Notes: generated from the letters alone by a model not told the origin. Counted from the first letter of the stretch, positions 10,065 to 21,071 are shown. The stretch: DNA of 51,271 bases from a virus (IMGVR_UViG_3300021964_000101:1-51271); one strand, 5' to 3'. Program-made: numbers and translations.

Positions 10065-12457
10065 TGGGCTTTATAACAGGATTATATTCATTTTTAGGAG
10101 GGGCATCCGAACAATTTAGAACCGAAATTGATACGGCAAATAAAAATAAAATATTAGAGGCACAAGCTGAAGCAGAAAGACAGGCTCAGTTAGCAAAAAA
10201 TATACAAGACCAAGCTAATTTTGATACTGAGATGGCTTTTAAAGTTGATGAACTTGCTTTTAAACAACATAAATTTGAAGTAGAACAAGGTTTTGCAAAA
10301 GATAAATGGATGTCTGAGTTAGCACAATGGGAAAGAAATTATATAAAAGAGTTAGATGAATTTAAACTTAAACAAAAAACAACGCAAAGTAAAATTGATT
10401 TAGCACAAAGTGAGGATAAACGTGCAGAATTACATCTACAACTTGCGTACAACACGGATGCGTGGAAAAAAAGACAAGCTGAAATAAAAAATGAATTAGA
10501 TATTGATGAAAATCAATGGAAAAAAGATATTGCTTACTTAGAATACTCAAATGATACTATGAAAGAGTTAGAAAAAGCAAAAAAAGGAACGCGTTCGTAT
10601 AGTGATGATTTAAGCTTTAATCCAAAAGATTACACAGAAAAAGAAAGACCAAATGCATTTTTAGCATGGGCTGACTTAAATTTAACAAAAGAAAAAATTG
10701 ATAGTCTTGATGAGGGAGGTAAACTAAAATTAAAACAAGATTTTGATTCTTATCACCGATTACTTTTAAAAGATTTAGCTTTTACAACACCGGGAGCAGA
10801 AGGCCAATATCTTGACACATTAGGCCCTAATGGTTTAGGAAATGCTATGGCAATGGGCGACTATCTTGGGGTATCTATAAAAGAAGGAATAAAAGAAAAA
10901 GCAATACAAGACGCACAGGCAAACGGCGTAAAAGCAGATGATGTAATTGTTAATTCTGATATCATTGAACAATCAGATGGGTCTACTGTGCCAATTATAA
11001 CAACAAATGTTGTTAACTATGAAGAGCTAGCAAAAAATAATGGTTTTGAATCAAAAGACCAATTAGTTTCTTCTATCGATAATTTAGTAGCAATTGGTAA
11101 AAAACAATCAAGTGCTGTATTCTCTACACTAGAACCAAATCTATCACCATTTCGTGATAGGTCGGCATTAGTTGCAGAGTTAAATAACAGAGAAATACCA
11201 TTATCAATTTTAAAATTAGGAAAATTTTATAATGATATTCAAGAATCAACTTTTGATAAAGTCAAGGTATCAACAAATTATGATGCAATGATTACAGCCG
11301 CATTTTCTGAAGGTATATTAACTGTTGATGAAACAGGAAGAATACATGGTGAAGAACAATTAATTGATTTCTTACATTTAGTTCAACCAGAGTTTGAATA
11401 TAGCAGACGTAAAAGTGGTAAATTCCAAGTTGCATCATCAAGTGTTGATGCTTATAATCAACAAGATAAAATTAAACCAAATGATATACGTGCACAAAAC
11501 GAAGCCGCTAACCAAGCACTAGGAACAACACGACAGCTAAAAGAAGTTGTTAATAGAGATGATAGTGGTGACTTATTAGGTGCTTCACTAAATATAGCAA
11601 CTAGTTTGTATGGCGGTATAAAACAAGCAGGCTCGTTGAGTAATCTTTTTGGTGGAACAACGAATAGATTTGGTCAACGATTACGTACAGGTGATGGTAC
11701 AAGTAATGCAGAAACAGGTGGTTTATCATCAGAAAAACTTAATGAAATTACAAAACAAATAGATGATGCTAATAGCATTTTAAGTGATGATACGCTAAGC
11801 GCGGCGGCAAAGAAAAAAGCTCAATTAACATTATTAAAATTTACTCTTGCATATCAAGTATCCATGGCGCTACAAGGTGGTTCTGGCGGACGTACAATAT
11901 CTGACCAAGACGTTGATAACATTCTTAATTCATTAGCTTTAACAGAAAACTATTTTAGTTTTGATACAAAAGAAAAAACAACAGCGGCTTTAGATACATT
12001 AGAAGAATTTTTGGAAACTATTGCATTGCGAACAAAATATGCTGACCAAAATACAATGAAAGCGTTACGCACATATGATGCAACAGTTGAAATTTTAAAT
12101 TCCATATCTAAAAATGGTGGTATTTCTTCATCCCCGGAAGGACTTAAAGAAGGTATGATGGAACGTGCAGATATTGGTTTAGCAATTGACCAAGATGTTG
12201 ATAAGGCTTACAATCCTAGTACCTATCAAAAACAATGGGCAATAGTTGCCGGTAATAATAACACACCAGTATACGTTGAACGAAAAAAAGACGGATACGG
12301 GTTTGACCCACTTACTGCAAGATACATCCCCGCAGATGTTTATAATGAAATGGTTAAGGAACTTAATATTCCAGATACTAGTCAACTACAAGTACAACCA
12401 TTTAGTGATGGTTTAGAATACAAAGGCATGGCAGTTAAAAATATTTTAGGACAATAA
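10064..12457 (+). CDS. putative internal virion (ejection) protein
   Basis: 797 aa, helical, GRTISDQDV motif; TAATG coupling. Confidence 0.65.
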   Translation: MGFITGLYSFLGGASEQFRTEIDTANKNKILEAQAEAERQAQLAKNIQDQANFDTEMAFKVDELAFKQHKFEVEQGFAKDKWMSELAQWERNYIKELDEFKLKQKTTQSKIDLAQSEDKRAELHLQLAYNTDAWKKRQAEIKNELDIDENQWKKDIAYLEYSNDTMKELEKAKKGTRSYSDDLSFNPKDYTEKERPNAFLAWADLNLTKEKIDSLDEGGKLKLKQDFDSYHRLLLKDLAFTTPGAEGQYLDTLGPNGLGNAMAMGDYLGVSIKEGIKEKAIQDAQANGVKADDVIVNSDIIEQSDGSTVPIITTNVVNYEELAKNNGFESKDQLVSSIDNLVAIGKKQSSAVFSTLEPNLSPFRDRSALVAELNNREIPLSILKLGKFYNDIQESTFDKVKVSTNYDAMITAAFSEGILTVDETGRIHGEEQLIDFLHLVQPEFEYSRRKSGKFQVASSSVDAYNQQDKIKPNDIRAQNEAANQALGTTRQLKEVVNRDDSGDLLGASLNIATSLYGGIKQAGSLSNLFGGTTNRFGQRLRTGDGTSNAETGGLSSEKLNEITKQIDDANSILSDDTLSAAAKKKAQLTLLKFTLAYQVSMALQGGSGGRTISDQDVDNILNSLALTENYFSFDTKEKTTAALDTLEEFLETIALRTKYADQNTMKALRTYDATVEILNSISKNGGISSSPEGLKEGMMERADIGLAIDQDVDKAYNPSTYQKQWAIVAGNNNTPVYVERKKDGYGFDPLTARYIPADVYNEMVKELNIPDTSQLQVQPFSDGLEYKGMAVKNILGQ

Positions 12458-12459
12458 TT

Positions 12460-15400
12460 ATGGTAGAACAAGTAAATCTTGACGAAATGCAGAATACTAT
12501 GAATACGGAGCCAGTGGCTGACCCACTTGCTGAAATCCAAGCAACAGGTGTAGGGCAATACGTTACACCTTTTTATCAAAAAAATATTTCCCCCAATCTT
12601 ATAAATTTACCACCAGATTATGCACTATTTTTTACTCCGGGTAAAACTGAGTATGAAGATATGCTCAAAGATAATGGCGCACCAATTGGTTATGAAAATG
12701 GAGTAAAACCAGTTTACGTGGATAAAAATCTATCTATGGAAGATAGACTAAATCAGGTATATTCTATTCAAAATAACTTGATAGAAAACATAAGCCCATC
12801 AAAAAATTATGACGCTGTTACAAATTTACGTGATACAGAGGGTGTAGTTTATGTAGAGGAAAAAGGTGGATTTCGAACTGTTAATATAAAAGAAGAAAAA
12901 GAAGGATTAAACTTTTTTGAAAATACGTTTGGTGATTTTTTACCATTTGTCACAGGGCCAGACGATTTGGTGCGAAGAAAAAGGTATGAGCAAGAATTAG
13001 CTGAAATGGGCTTGACTCCAGAAAAAGCAAAACAACTACAAAAACAATTAAAGCAATCATATTACTATACTGATTTTAAAACTGGTAAAATTAGAAAACA
13101 TGAAGAAGCAAAAGATTTATCTTATCTAATACCAAAAGAAGGTGACGCGTCATTCCAAGCACAGGCGATGCAAATCTTTGGAAGAATAACAAGTGATTTT
13201 CCAAGTCTTCTTACTGGACTAGGCGTATCTGCGCAAAAACAATATACAAGAACACAAACACAACCCGATGAAAAATTACTCGATATATACACAGCTGTTA
13301 GTAAAGCAGGAGTAATCCGGTTAAAAACAGATGAAGAATTACGTGCTGACGTAAATACATATATTGAACAAGAACAAAAACAATTAGAAGTATTGGGTGC
13401 ATTAACAGAAAGATTTGACCAAATACAAAATACAAATTCTTTATTTATGCCGTACAAAGAACTGTATAGAAATATTGTTTACAATAACACCGGGTTTAAC
13501 ATAGATGGCCCATTATTAGATAAACTGTCTGTGCAAAATCCAGATGAATCAATATTATTTCATATTGCTGATACCAGTATGGAAGCATTACCATATGTAG
13601 CAACACTTAATGGTATAATGACAGGATTTGGATTACGCGGAACAAAACTTGCAGATGAAACACTTGATTACGCATTAAAAAATTCAGGGCCCGGTATGAA
13701 ACATGCCAACCCTATCGAAGCGGCTAATGCATTTTTCCAAATAAAAAAAGCGCAGGGAACCCTGCGAAGTAATTCACCTAATAAGTTTATACAAAGAATG
13801 CAGACTAGATTTGAAAAAGTTGCTTTAACTCAAACAGGTGTAAAAAAATTACAAGCAGATTTAACAGATGAAATTAAAAATGTTCAAGGTAAAATAAAAA
13901 ATGCTGTTCTAAAAAATGACAAAGATTTAGTTGAAAAATTAATGGTTCAACAGGAAACTCTTGTTGCAAGACAAACGGGATTAACAGTAAAAAATTTTAC
14001 AACACAAGAAAAGTCATTATTTAGAAATGAAATATTTGCTTCAACATTTGGTGGAGTAGGTGATTATTTATTTGGCGTTAATAGTGGTGCATCTATTGCT
14101 ATGGAAGTTACAGGAGCATTGATTGAGCCATCTATTTTACAAAAAAATGGATTTATTGGTTTAGCAAGTAGTGCAGTATTTACTGCAGGTCGACTAACTA
14201 ATTGGTTAAATAGTAAACCAAATATGGAACTTTTAAATAAAGTAACGGATTTAACAAACGCTCAATACGCAAAACTTAATCTTAATGATTTACAAATAGT
14301 TGATAGTAATGGTATTCCAAGAAGAGCAACCCCACAAGAAATACTGGGACTAAAAGGTTTAACTGATTTAATAATGGACTTGCCACCACAAAGAAGAGCA
14401 GAAATTATTGGCCGAATGAATGCAATGGAAGAATCATTAGCCTTGGTAACTAAAAATTTAAGCGGGCAAGAAAAAAATGATATTAATATTATGTTTGGCC
14501 AATTTACTGGCTTATCTGCATTACAAGCACTTGATGAAATATATGCTGTACAAGTAAGAGCAGGAAATTTAACATCGGATGTATTAAAAAATAGTAATGA
14601 TTATATTGTAAGTCAACAAACTTTGCTAACTGAAATGGATAAAACTATCGCTAAATATTTAGGGCGAAGTGACCAAACACCAGAATTTAATGAATTTATA
14701 AATAAAATTGATACAGTAGTAAAAGAAACAAAAGACACAATTACAACAAGACAAGAAGAAATGTTAGCAACCTTTGATTTACTAACAAATTATATGAGAA
14801 CTGGAAACATGTTTGACAATACTGATTTGTATCAACAAAACATGGAAAATTTTATTTCAACATTAAAAGACTTACAATTAAATGGTGCGTCAGAAGCCAT
14901 ACAACAAAAATCAATTGAACTTATTGCAAATTTAGATGAACAAATTTTTAAAAGTTTTGATGGTGTTTCAAAAGGTTTATTAGCTGATGGTAGCAACTAT
15001 AAAGCAAATTACTTTCCGGGATTTATTGATGGCATGTATACGCTGTCTAAAGTTCGTGCACAGCAAAATTATATTGATTTATATAATAAACATCAAAATG
15101 TAAGAGTTGATGTTTCAGAATTTTTTGATAGTATAATTGATGAAACAGTAACAGGTGAAAAATTTGGTAAATTGCAAAATCCAATAAGTCAATTTGCAAA
15201 TAAATTACCGTCATCGTACGAAACAAATGGTTTAGTAAACGTAATTAATTCTGCAGTAAAAAGAAATACATCAGAGTACATATCTAATAGTAAAAACCAT
15301 CAACAGTTATTAGATTTTCTTTTAGAAACACCGAGTATATCACCAGATAAATTAGATGTTTCAGAAGAAGTGCTTGGTATTCTTTCTATGAATCAAAACT

Positions 15401-17289
15401 TATCAAAACAGAATGCGGAAAAAGTTTATGAGGCACTACGAAAGAAAATTAAATTAACGTTCCCTAATTATAAAAATGTTAACATACAAAATATTAACGC
15501 TGTTGATATACGAAATGCATTAGGTGGCAATATAAAAATAAATTTAAATTTAGATGAAGCAATGAACTTTAGGTCTGGATTAGGATTTAGTAGTAAAGCG
15601 GCACAAGGCCAACCTAATTCGCCATTTTATGCTAACTTATTCAAACAGGCAGATGATTCAATATTAAATTCTATTAATGCAGAGAATAACGTTGCATTAT
15701 TAGAAGATTATAGAAATGCTGTAAATCAATACAGTGATTTTAGTAATAGATTTCAAAACTTTGACATGCTAAATACATGGACAAAAACAAAAGGTAAAGG
15801 TAGCTATTTAGCTATTCAAGAAGCGGCTAATGGAACATCAAAAAAAGAAATTATTCGTATTGATTCAATTAATAAAGAGGCTACCGAAATCGCAAATAAA
15901 TATGATAATAATATTGAAGTTCCAAATTTTATTCATCAACAAAACTCAAACACTTGGATAAATTATGAAAAGCTACTAGGTGATGAAAGATATGCTGATA
16001 AATTTATGCAGGAAGTTTTTTTACCTATAGTTGGTACAAGAAATGTTGACAGAATCGGACAAGCAGATGAATACTTTTTAGATTTTAATAACCCTGAAAC
16101 ACTTCAGAAAATAGAAATGTTTTCTAAATTCTTAACAGAGGAATTAGGTGCACATATACGTAGAACAGATGCGGGACAGATAGCATTTAATAAAGAGGCT
16201 TTTGAAGAAGCTATTAAAAAAGATACTCCCGGCACAATAAAAGGTAAAAAAATAAGTATATTTAATGGTGCAACAGATAGGTTTGCTATTGATACACCAA
16301 ATGGAAAAGTTTTTTTATTACCAATTGATGATGTAGTAAATATGAATGTAGGTATTGATGTTATGGTAGCTAGAAATAGCACTGTTAACACCATAGCAAA
16401 AAATGACCAAGTAAAAGTTGCATTAGAATTAAAAAAAGTAAAAACACAATTACGAAAACAGGTAGAAGAATTTAAGTTTAGTGTTAATAAATTAAGTGAT
16501 GCGTCTGTCGTTGTCAATTTTGGTGATAAGTTAACAGACCCAAACACATTTGTTAAAAATATTGTTGAAGGCGGTAGCGATAATTATGACAAACTAGAAC
16601 GTCTAATGGTTAAGTCGGGCAAAATGACAGCGGAAGAATTTAACAATGTTGCTAAAAATCTTATTTCTGAATATTTTTATAATAGTTTTGCAAGAAACGT
16701 TGAATCAGTATCTACCCCAATAAAAGGGCAAACTCTTAAAGCTGATGTTAAAAACTTTCACACTTTTAATAGTGCTGATGCAAGAGAATTTCTAACGCGT
16801 AATACAGATATGTTAAAAGAAATTTTAGGAACAGAGCATTATAATGATGTTATTAAGGTATTAAACATACAAGCATTAACAAGTGGGGCTGACACGGCAA
16901 AAATAATACCGCAAGCATTGCCATCATCACTTTCGTTAGAGTCATTGATGAGTAGATTATATGCTATAAATAGAGGTGTTATATCACCACGATATGTTGT
17001 TAGTGAAATAGCACTTAGACGATTTAATAAAAACAAAGGTGTATTAATAAAAAACATTTTAGAAAATCCTAAAATGGCAACTGTTGTTAGAAAGATGTTA
17101 GAGCAACAAGATGTATACGCTGACCCTACTGTTAATAAAGAATTTTATAACTTATTAAAAGAAGGAACTTTTAGAGCAATAATACTTAGAGAATATTTAG
17201 AAGCAAAAGAAGAAGACTTTGAAGGCTACGAGCAGGAATTTTTACGTGATTTAAATCAGAGCGTACAAGGATTTGCTGATGCAAGATAA
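12460..17289 (+). CDS. large putative internal virion (ejection) protein
   Basis: 1609 aa, last of a series of increasing size as for T7 gp14-16; function inferred from size and position. Confidence 0.65.
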   Translation: MVEQVNLDEMQNTMNTEPVADPLAEIQATGVGQYVTPFYQKNISPNLINLPPDYALFFTPGKTEYEDMLKDNGAPIGYENGVKPVYVDKNLSMEDRLNQVYSIQNNLIENISPSKNYDAVTNLRDTEGVVYVEEKGGFRTVNIKEEKEGLNFFENTFGDFLPFVTGPDDLVRRKRYEQELAEMGLTPEKAKQLQKQLKQSYYYTDFKTGKIRKHEEAKDLSYLIPKEGDASFQAQAMQIFGRITSDFPSLLTGLGVSAQKQYTRTQTQPDEKLLDIYTAVSKAGVIRLKTDEELRADVNTYIEQEQKQLEVLGALTERFDQIQNTNSLFMPYKELYRNIVYNNTGFNIDGPLLDKLSVQNPDESILFHIADTSMEALPYVATLNGIMTGFGLRGTKLADETLDYALKNSGPGMKHANPIEAANAFFQIKKAQGTLRSNSPNKFIQRMQTRFEKVALTQTGVKKLQADLTDEIKNVQGKIKNAVLKNDKDLVEKLMVQQETLVARQTGLTVKNFTTQEKSLFRNEIFASTFGGVGDYLFGVNSGASIAMEVTGALIEPSILQKNGFIGLASSAVFTAGRLTNWLNSKPNMELLNKVTDLTNAQYAKLNLNDLQIVDSNGIPRRATPQEILGLKGLTDLIMDLPPQRRAEIIGRMNAMEESLALVTKNLSGQEKNDINIMFGQFTGLSALQALDEIYAVQVRAGNLTSDVLKNSNDYIVSQQTLLTEMDKTIAKYLGRSDQTPEFNEFINKIDTVVKETKDTITTRQEEMLATFDLLTNYMRTGNMFDNTDLYQQNMENFISTLKDLQLNGASEAIQQKSIELIANLDEQIFKSFDGVSKGLLADGSNYKANYFPGFIDGMYTLSKVRAQQNYIDLYNKHQNVRVDVSEFFDSIIDETVTGEKFGKLQNPISQFANKLPSSYETNGLVNVINSAVKRNTSEYISNSKNHQQLLDFLLETPSISPDKLDVSEEVLGILSMNQNLSKQNAEKVYEALRKKIKLTFPNYKNVNIQNINAVDIRNALGGNIKINLNLDEAMNFRSGLGFSSKAAQGQPNSPFYANLFKQADDSILNSINAENNVALLEDYRNAVNQYSDFSNRFQNFDMLNTWTKTKGKGSYLAIQEAANGTSKKEIIRIDSINKEATEIANKYDNNIEVPNFIHQQNSNTWINYEKLLGDERYADKFMQEVFLPIVGTRNVDRIGQADEYFLDFNNPETLQKIEMFSKFLTEELGAHIRRTDAGQIAFNKEAFEEAIKKDTPGTIKGKKISIFNGATDRFAIDTPNGKVFLLPIDDVVNMNVGIDVMVARNSTVNTIAKNDQVKVALELKKVKTQLRKQVEEFKFSVNKLSDASVVVNFGDKLTDPNTFVKNIVEGGSDNYDKLERLMVKSGKMTAEEFNNVAKNLISEYFYNSFARNVESVSTPIKGQTLKADVKNFHTFNSADAREFLTRNTDMLKEILGTEHYNDVIKVLNIQALTSGADTAKIIPQALPSSLSLESLMSRLYAINRGVISPRYVVSEIALRRFNKNKGVLIKNILENPKMATVVRKMLEQQDVYADPTVNKEFYNLLKEGTFRAIILREYLEAKEEDFEGYEQEFLRDLNQSVQGFADAR

Positions 17290-17479
17290 TAGTTGGCAAA
17301 AAGATATAGCAGAAGTAAAAACTGAATTAAAATATTTGCGTGAAGATATTGTTATCATGCAAAAGCAGGTACGCGACCTCAACCAAACTTCGAATATGGG
17401 GATTGGTGGGTTAAAAGTAGCGCTATTTATTGGTGCGATACTTGGTGGCGTATATACTTTTTTAAGATTAATGAAATAA
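17273..17479 (+). CDS. small coiled-coil plus TM protein (possible lysis-related)
   Basis: Coiled coil followed by C-terminal hydrophobic helix. Confidence 0.55.
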   Translation: MLMQDNSWQKDIAEVKTELKYLREDIVIMQKQVRDLNQTSNMGIGGLKVALFIGAILGGVYTFLRLMK

Positions 17480-17493
17480 AAAGGGAGTAAATA

Positions 17494-17604
17494 ATGGAAA
17501 AAGCAAAAGAAATGTGGGCAAAGCTTAGCAAACAGGGAAAATTAGCTGTTGCAGGCGTTGCTGTTATCGTGCTTGTTATTATTATTAGTAATATCATAGC
17601 ATAG
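17494..17604 (+). CDS. small single-TM protein (not in ORF track)
   Basis: AGGGAG RBS; MEKAKEMWAKLSKQGKLAVAGVAVIVLVIIISNIIA. Confidence 0.7.
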   Translation: MEKAKEMWAKLSKQGKLAVAGVAVIVLVIIISNIIA

Positions 17605-18135
17605 ATGGAATTTTTATTATTAGCAATCCTGTCGGGAATAGCCGGTTCGTTTGCTGATAATTTATTAAACGCACAAACAACAACAGGAGGAGCACGAATG
17701 CTAGGTGGATTACCAGTAGAAATGATTACAATGCTAGGTTCTAGCGTACTAGGTGGTATTATGTCCATCTGGGGCCAAAGTATAAAAGCAAAACAAGAAC
17801 AACAAAAGATGTTGTTAGCAAGAGCAGAAACACAAATGAATTTTGTGGATAAAGCTCGTACGTACGAAAATAAAGGCTTTCAGTGGACAAGAAGGATAAT
17901 AGCCTTATCCGCCGTATTTGCCATAATTATTTGGCCCAAAGTCGTGCCTGTATTCTTTGATACGTCTGTCTGGCTTACATGGACGGAATTATCAAGAGGA
18001 TTTTTATTTTTAATTGAACAAAAGGAAGTAGTATTAGATAAAGAGTTTTTTGGTGTTGTAATTACACCTCTTGACACTCACCTTATGTCTGCTATAGTAG
18101 GACTATATTTTGGTGGCTCTCTAGTCAAGAAATGA
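17605..18135 (+). CDS. putative holin-like membrane protein (start may be 17698)
   Basis: Several TM segments, WTRR motif, C-terminal IVGLYFG; strong AGGAGG RBS before ATG 17698. Confidence 0.55.
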   Translation: MEFLLLAILSGIAGSFADNLLNAQTTTGGARMLGGLPVEMITMLGSSVLGGIMSIWGQSIKAKQEQQKMLLARAETQMNFVDKARTYENKGFQWTRRIIALSAVFAIIIWPKVVPVFFDTSVWLTWTELSRGFLFLIEQKEVVLDKEFFGVVITPLDTHLMSAIVGLYFGGSLVKK

Positions 18136-18136
18136 T

Positions 18137-18370
18137 ATGGTCAAAGTTTTTTTATTACTGGCAGTAATGTCATCGCCCGGATGGCCCTCCGTTAAAACAA
18201 CAACGTATTTATATGATACGGAACTTAACTGTAGGCAAGCACAAGTTGATTTTTTAAATTTTTATGAAATGCAATCTCAAGAATATAAAAATAATATTTT
18301 AGCGGACGCATATTGTATTGAATTTGAGAGTTTTACTATTCCGGGATTAAATAAAACAAACAGTATTTAG
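18137..18370 (+). CDS. small exported protein with two Cys
   Basis: Hydrophobic N-terminus, C...YC pattern. Confidence 0.55.
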   Translation: MVKVFLLLAVMSSPGWPSVKTTTYLYDTELNCRQAQVDFLNFYEMQSQEYKNNILADAYCIEFESFTIPGLNKTNSI

Positions 18371-18933
18371 TGTCATTAAAAAATAGAATCAAAGATGATA
18401 TAATTGATTGGTCTGTTAACGTATTAGAAAAGCCAAATAAACATTTAAATAACTTTCCGGCTTGCCCTTATGCTAAGCAAACCAGATTACAAAATAAACT
18501 ACATATACAAGTAAATACCAAAACCGCTAGTTTCTTTCAAACTGTTGAGAAAGAGATAAAGCGGTTTTCTTCATTAAAGAAAGATATTATTATTGTAGCT
18601 GACCCTAACGTAGAAGACGTAACACCATATTGTTTACAATATTTTGTGGATACACGTAATATACAACTACAGCACGATGATATTTATCTTATGTGTTTTC
18701 ATCCTAGTAGTCCTGCAACAATGGAAGACCAAGCTTTTTTGGCTGACCATGAATGGGATAGTAATACTGTAGAGCCATATATGATGGTTTTTATACAGGA
18801 ATTAAAAAAATTACAAGATGCATCTACTCATTTACAAAAGCAAGGATATTATGATGAATGGCCGAAAGATTATTACAATGAGGTAGTAGGCCCTAGGCAA
18901 AAACTTAAACCTAAATTTAGGAGTTCACTATGA
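18370..18933 (+). CDS. DUF1415-like protein
   Basis: CPYA and FHP motifs. Confidence 0.5.
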   Translation: MSLKNRIKDDIIDWSVNVLEKPNKHLNNFPACPYAKQTRLQNKLHIQVNTKTASFFQTVEKEIKRFSSLKKDIIIVADPNVEDVTPYCLQYFVDTRNIQLQHDDIYLMCFHPSSPATMEDQAFLADHEWDSNTVEPYMMVFIQELKKLQDASTHLQKQGYYDEWPKDYYNEVVGPRQKLKPKFRSSL

Positions 18934-19079
18934 TGAAAAAGAAAAAAGCCATGATGAGAGGTGGCGGAAAAAAGAAAATGATGAGAGGCGGCGGCATGAT
19001 GTCTACAATGAAAAAGAAAGATATGATGCGCGGCGGCGGTAAAAAAGTAAAAAAGAGCGCAAAAGTTAAGAAGAAATAA
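18930..19079 (+). CDS. 49-aa Lys/Met/Gly-rich peptide with three MMRGGG repeats (not in ORF track)
   Basis: AGGAG RBS, ATGA overlap; repeats conserved at protein level with synonymous codon changes. Confidence 0.75.
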   Translation: MMKKKKAMMRGGGKKKMMRGGGMMSTMKKKDMMRGGGKKVKKSAKVKKK

Positions 19080-19296
19080 CTTTTTGCGTATCTTTTATCA
19101 TTAAATCAAATACCCCTTTATAGTATTTCAATAGACTTGCTATAACAGGGGTATTTTCATATTCGGGATTCCAATTATCCATTGCGGATTCAAATTCGCC
19201 TGCATCTGCCAAGGATTTATCAATTACTATTAAACCTTCTGTTGTTAATTTAACATCAAAACTAGCTATAGTAGTTGATTGAATAGATTGTGACAT
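19066..19296 (-). CDS. hypothetical protein
   Basis: Last gene of leftward arm; overlaps the convergent gene by 14 nt. Confidence 0.6.
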   Translation of the reverse strand: MSQSIQSTTIASFDVKLTTEGLIVIDKSLADAGEFESAMDNWNPEYENTPVIASLLKYYKGVFDLMIKDTQKVISS

Positions 19297-19647
19297 TTAT
19301 TTTTTTCCTTTATTACTACTCTTTCTCCCTATTTTAAATTTTTTTGATGGATACTTTTCATTAAATTCTGATATACTCATATTTTTAACATCTAATCTAA
19401 ACTGTGTTACTTTTTCTTTTTCACGTTTGCGAATAGCTTCCCAACCATCATCTTTTGGAAAAAATATCGCCTCATTTGTTTCACCCGTTACTGGTTTAGG
19501 TGGCTCAGAATTTAAACCACTTTCAACAAGAGAAAAAAAATGTTCGTGATTATGATTTATAATTCTACCATCATCAAAAGTAATTTCCCAATCCTTTTTA
19601 TCAATATCATTTAATTTACGTATTCTAACTATTTTATTATCTGTCAT
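19297..19647 (-). CDS. hypothetical protein
   Basis: Abutting ORF in leftward operon. Confidence 0.6.
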   Translation of the reverse strand: MTDNKIVRIRKLNDIDKKDWEITFDDGRIINHNHEHFFSLVESGLNSEPPKPVTGETNEAIFFPKDDGWEAIRKREKEKVTQFRLDVKNMSISEFNEKYPSKKFKIGRKSSNKGKK

Positions 19648-19757
19648 TTTTTTGGTTTCTTAAATTTCCTTCCTACAAAAAATACTATTAAATTTACTAC
19701 TGTATTGATTGTAACCATAAGTAGTAGCCACGCTTGCCAAAATTGTAAGTCGTTCAT
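19644..19757 (-). CDS. small single-TM protein (not in ORF track)
   Basis: 37 aa MNDLQFWQAWLLLMVTINTVVNLIVFFVGRKFKKPKK; ATGA overlaps at both ends. Confidence 0.65.
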   Translation of the reverse strand: MNDLQFWQAWLLLMVTINTVVNLIVFFVGRKFKKPKK

Positions 19758-20023
19758 TTCTTAAATTCAATTTCCCCCGCAATCGCACTATAACCCGCCA
19801 TATCAACGTAGGTATCCTTCGTACGTTTTCCTAATTTTGTTCTCGCTATTTTTAATAGTATCATCATAATAGCAACATCATGTGCCGAAATATCTGTTTC
19901 TAAATATGTTGACCAAAGGTTAGCTATGTTTTGATGATTCTTTGATTTTTCTCCATACTCTTTTTCTCTATCTCCTATAATTATTTTTATAGCCTCTTCT
20001 AATAGTTCTTTCGTCATTTTCAT
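19754..20023 (-). CDS. DUF6378-like protein
   Basis: GDR..YG...N...IA.LW...DVA.MM.LLKIAR...D.YVD.AGY pattern. Confidence 0.75.
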   Translation of the reverse strand: MKMTKELLEEAIKIIIGDREKEYGEKSKNHQNIANLWSTYLETDISAHDVAIMMILLKIARTKLGKRTKDTYVDMAGYSAIAGEIEFKK

Positions 20024-20379
20024 AATTTAAATATCTCCGTTATTGGTATTAAGTATGCTTTTGATTTTTTGTAATCACCTACGTTTTTAACTTTATCTTT
20101 ATGTTTTTCAACTAATTTTTTTAATTTATCTGTTTTAAACCACAGAATACAGTGGTCTTCTTCGCCATTCGCTAAAACATGAGCCCAATATGTAGCCTCT
20201 GTTTTTGCTATACCACTTGGTTTACCAAATGATTCAAATTCAACTGCTATGTTACCAGTTTTAAACCACCAATCTCTTTCCGTTTTAACTTCAATAGTCC
20301 CTTCCTCAATCATTTTCTTTATTCGTTTTTCACGACCTTGGCCGTATTTTAAATCAATATCAAATTTTGTATTTTTCAT
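20020..20379 (-). CDS. putative PD-(D/E)XK-fold nuclease-like protein
   Basis: IEVKTE...TGNIAVE...PSGI..T.A.YW pattern. Confidence 0.5.
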   Translation of the reverse strand: MKNTKFDIDLKYGQGREKRIKKMIEEGTIEVKTERDWWFKTGNIAVEFESFGKPSGIAKTEATYWAHVLANGEEDHCILWFKTDKLKKLVEKHKDKVKNVGDYKKSKAYLIPITEIFKL

Positions 20380-20727
20380 TTAATGCTTCTTTCCGACATC
20401 TATTTTTTTAAATAGAGGGTCTAAATCTGATGTGTCAAGATTTTTTCCACTTTCTTGTGCGCTTACCATTTTATCAACCACGGCCATTTGCCCTAGTGAT
20501 ACTAATCTATCCATATCATATTCTAGTGTTTCTAGTATTCCTTTCATTACATAAAATACTGGATGAACACTACTTTTTGATTCTGTTGTATCATATGCAA
20601 TAACATCAAAACTACCTTCTTCATCATTATTAGGTTTAAATACCATATAAAATCTATCGGGCAATAGCCCTAATTCTTCTGATGAATCCCGGGATAAAAT
20701 AGGAAATGTTTTTTTTATTTCAGCCAT
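20380..20727 (-). CDS. hypothetical protein
   Basis: ORF in packed operon. Confidence 0.6.
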   Translation of the reverse strand: MAEIKKTFPILSRDSSEELGLLPDRFYMVFKPNNDEEGSFDVIAYDTTESKSSVHPVFYVMKGILETLEYDMDRLVSLGQMAVVDKMVSAQESGKNLDTSDLDPLFKKIDVGKKH

Positions 20728-21071
20728 TCTTTAGGAACTTTTTTTTCACACCACATAATATTATGCTTATCACACCATGCACCATATGTTGTTTTACTTC
20801 CTTTGTAAATTTTATTCTTAGCGTTGAGAAATAAGATACGAACATCTAATTTCTTATGTTGTTTTTTAATAAGTAAATGCTTTTTTCTATCAGCCTTATC
20901 AAATAAACCTTTGACCTCAATAAAAAATTTATACTTGGTAAGATAAAAGTCCGGCATATAAACCCTAGGGTCTGGTATATACTTAAATTTATGTTTTTCA
21001 TATTCATAGTTTATGCCTTCCTTAATGAGCCATGATGCAAAGCTTATTTCAGCTTTTGAACGAAATCTCAC
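20715..21071 (-). CDS. T7 endonuclease I-like Holliday junction resolvase
   Basis: FRSKAE, YEYE, YMPDF, IEVKG, SKTTY..WC motifs. Confidence 0.9.
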   Translation of the reverse strand: MRFRSKAEISFASWLIKEGINYEYEKHKFKYIPDPRVYMPDFYLTKYKFFIEVKGLFDKADRKKHLLIKKQHKKLDVRILFLNAKNKIYKGSKTTYGAWCDKHNIMWCEKKVPKEWLK

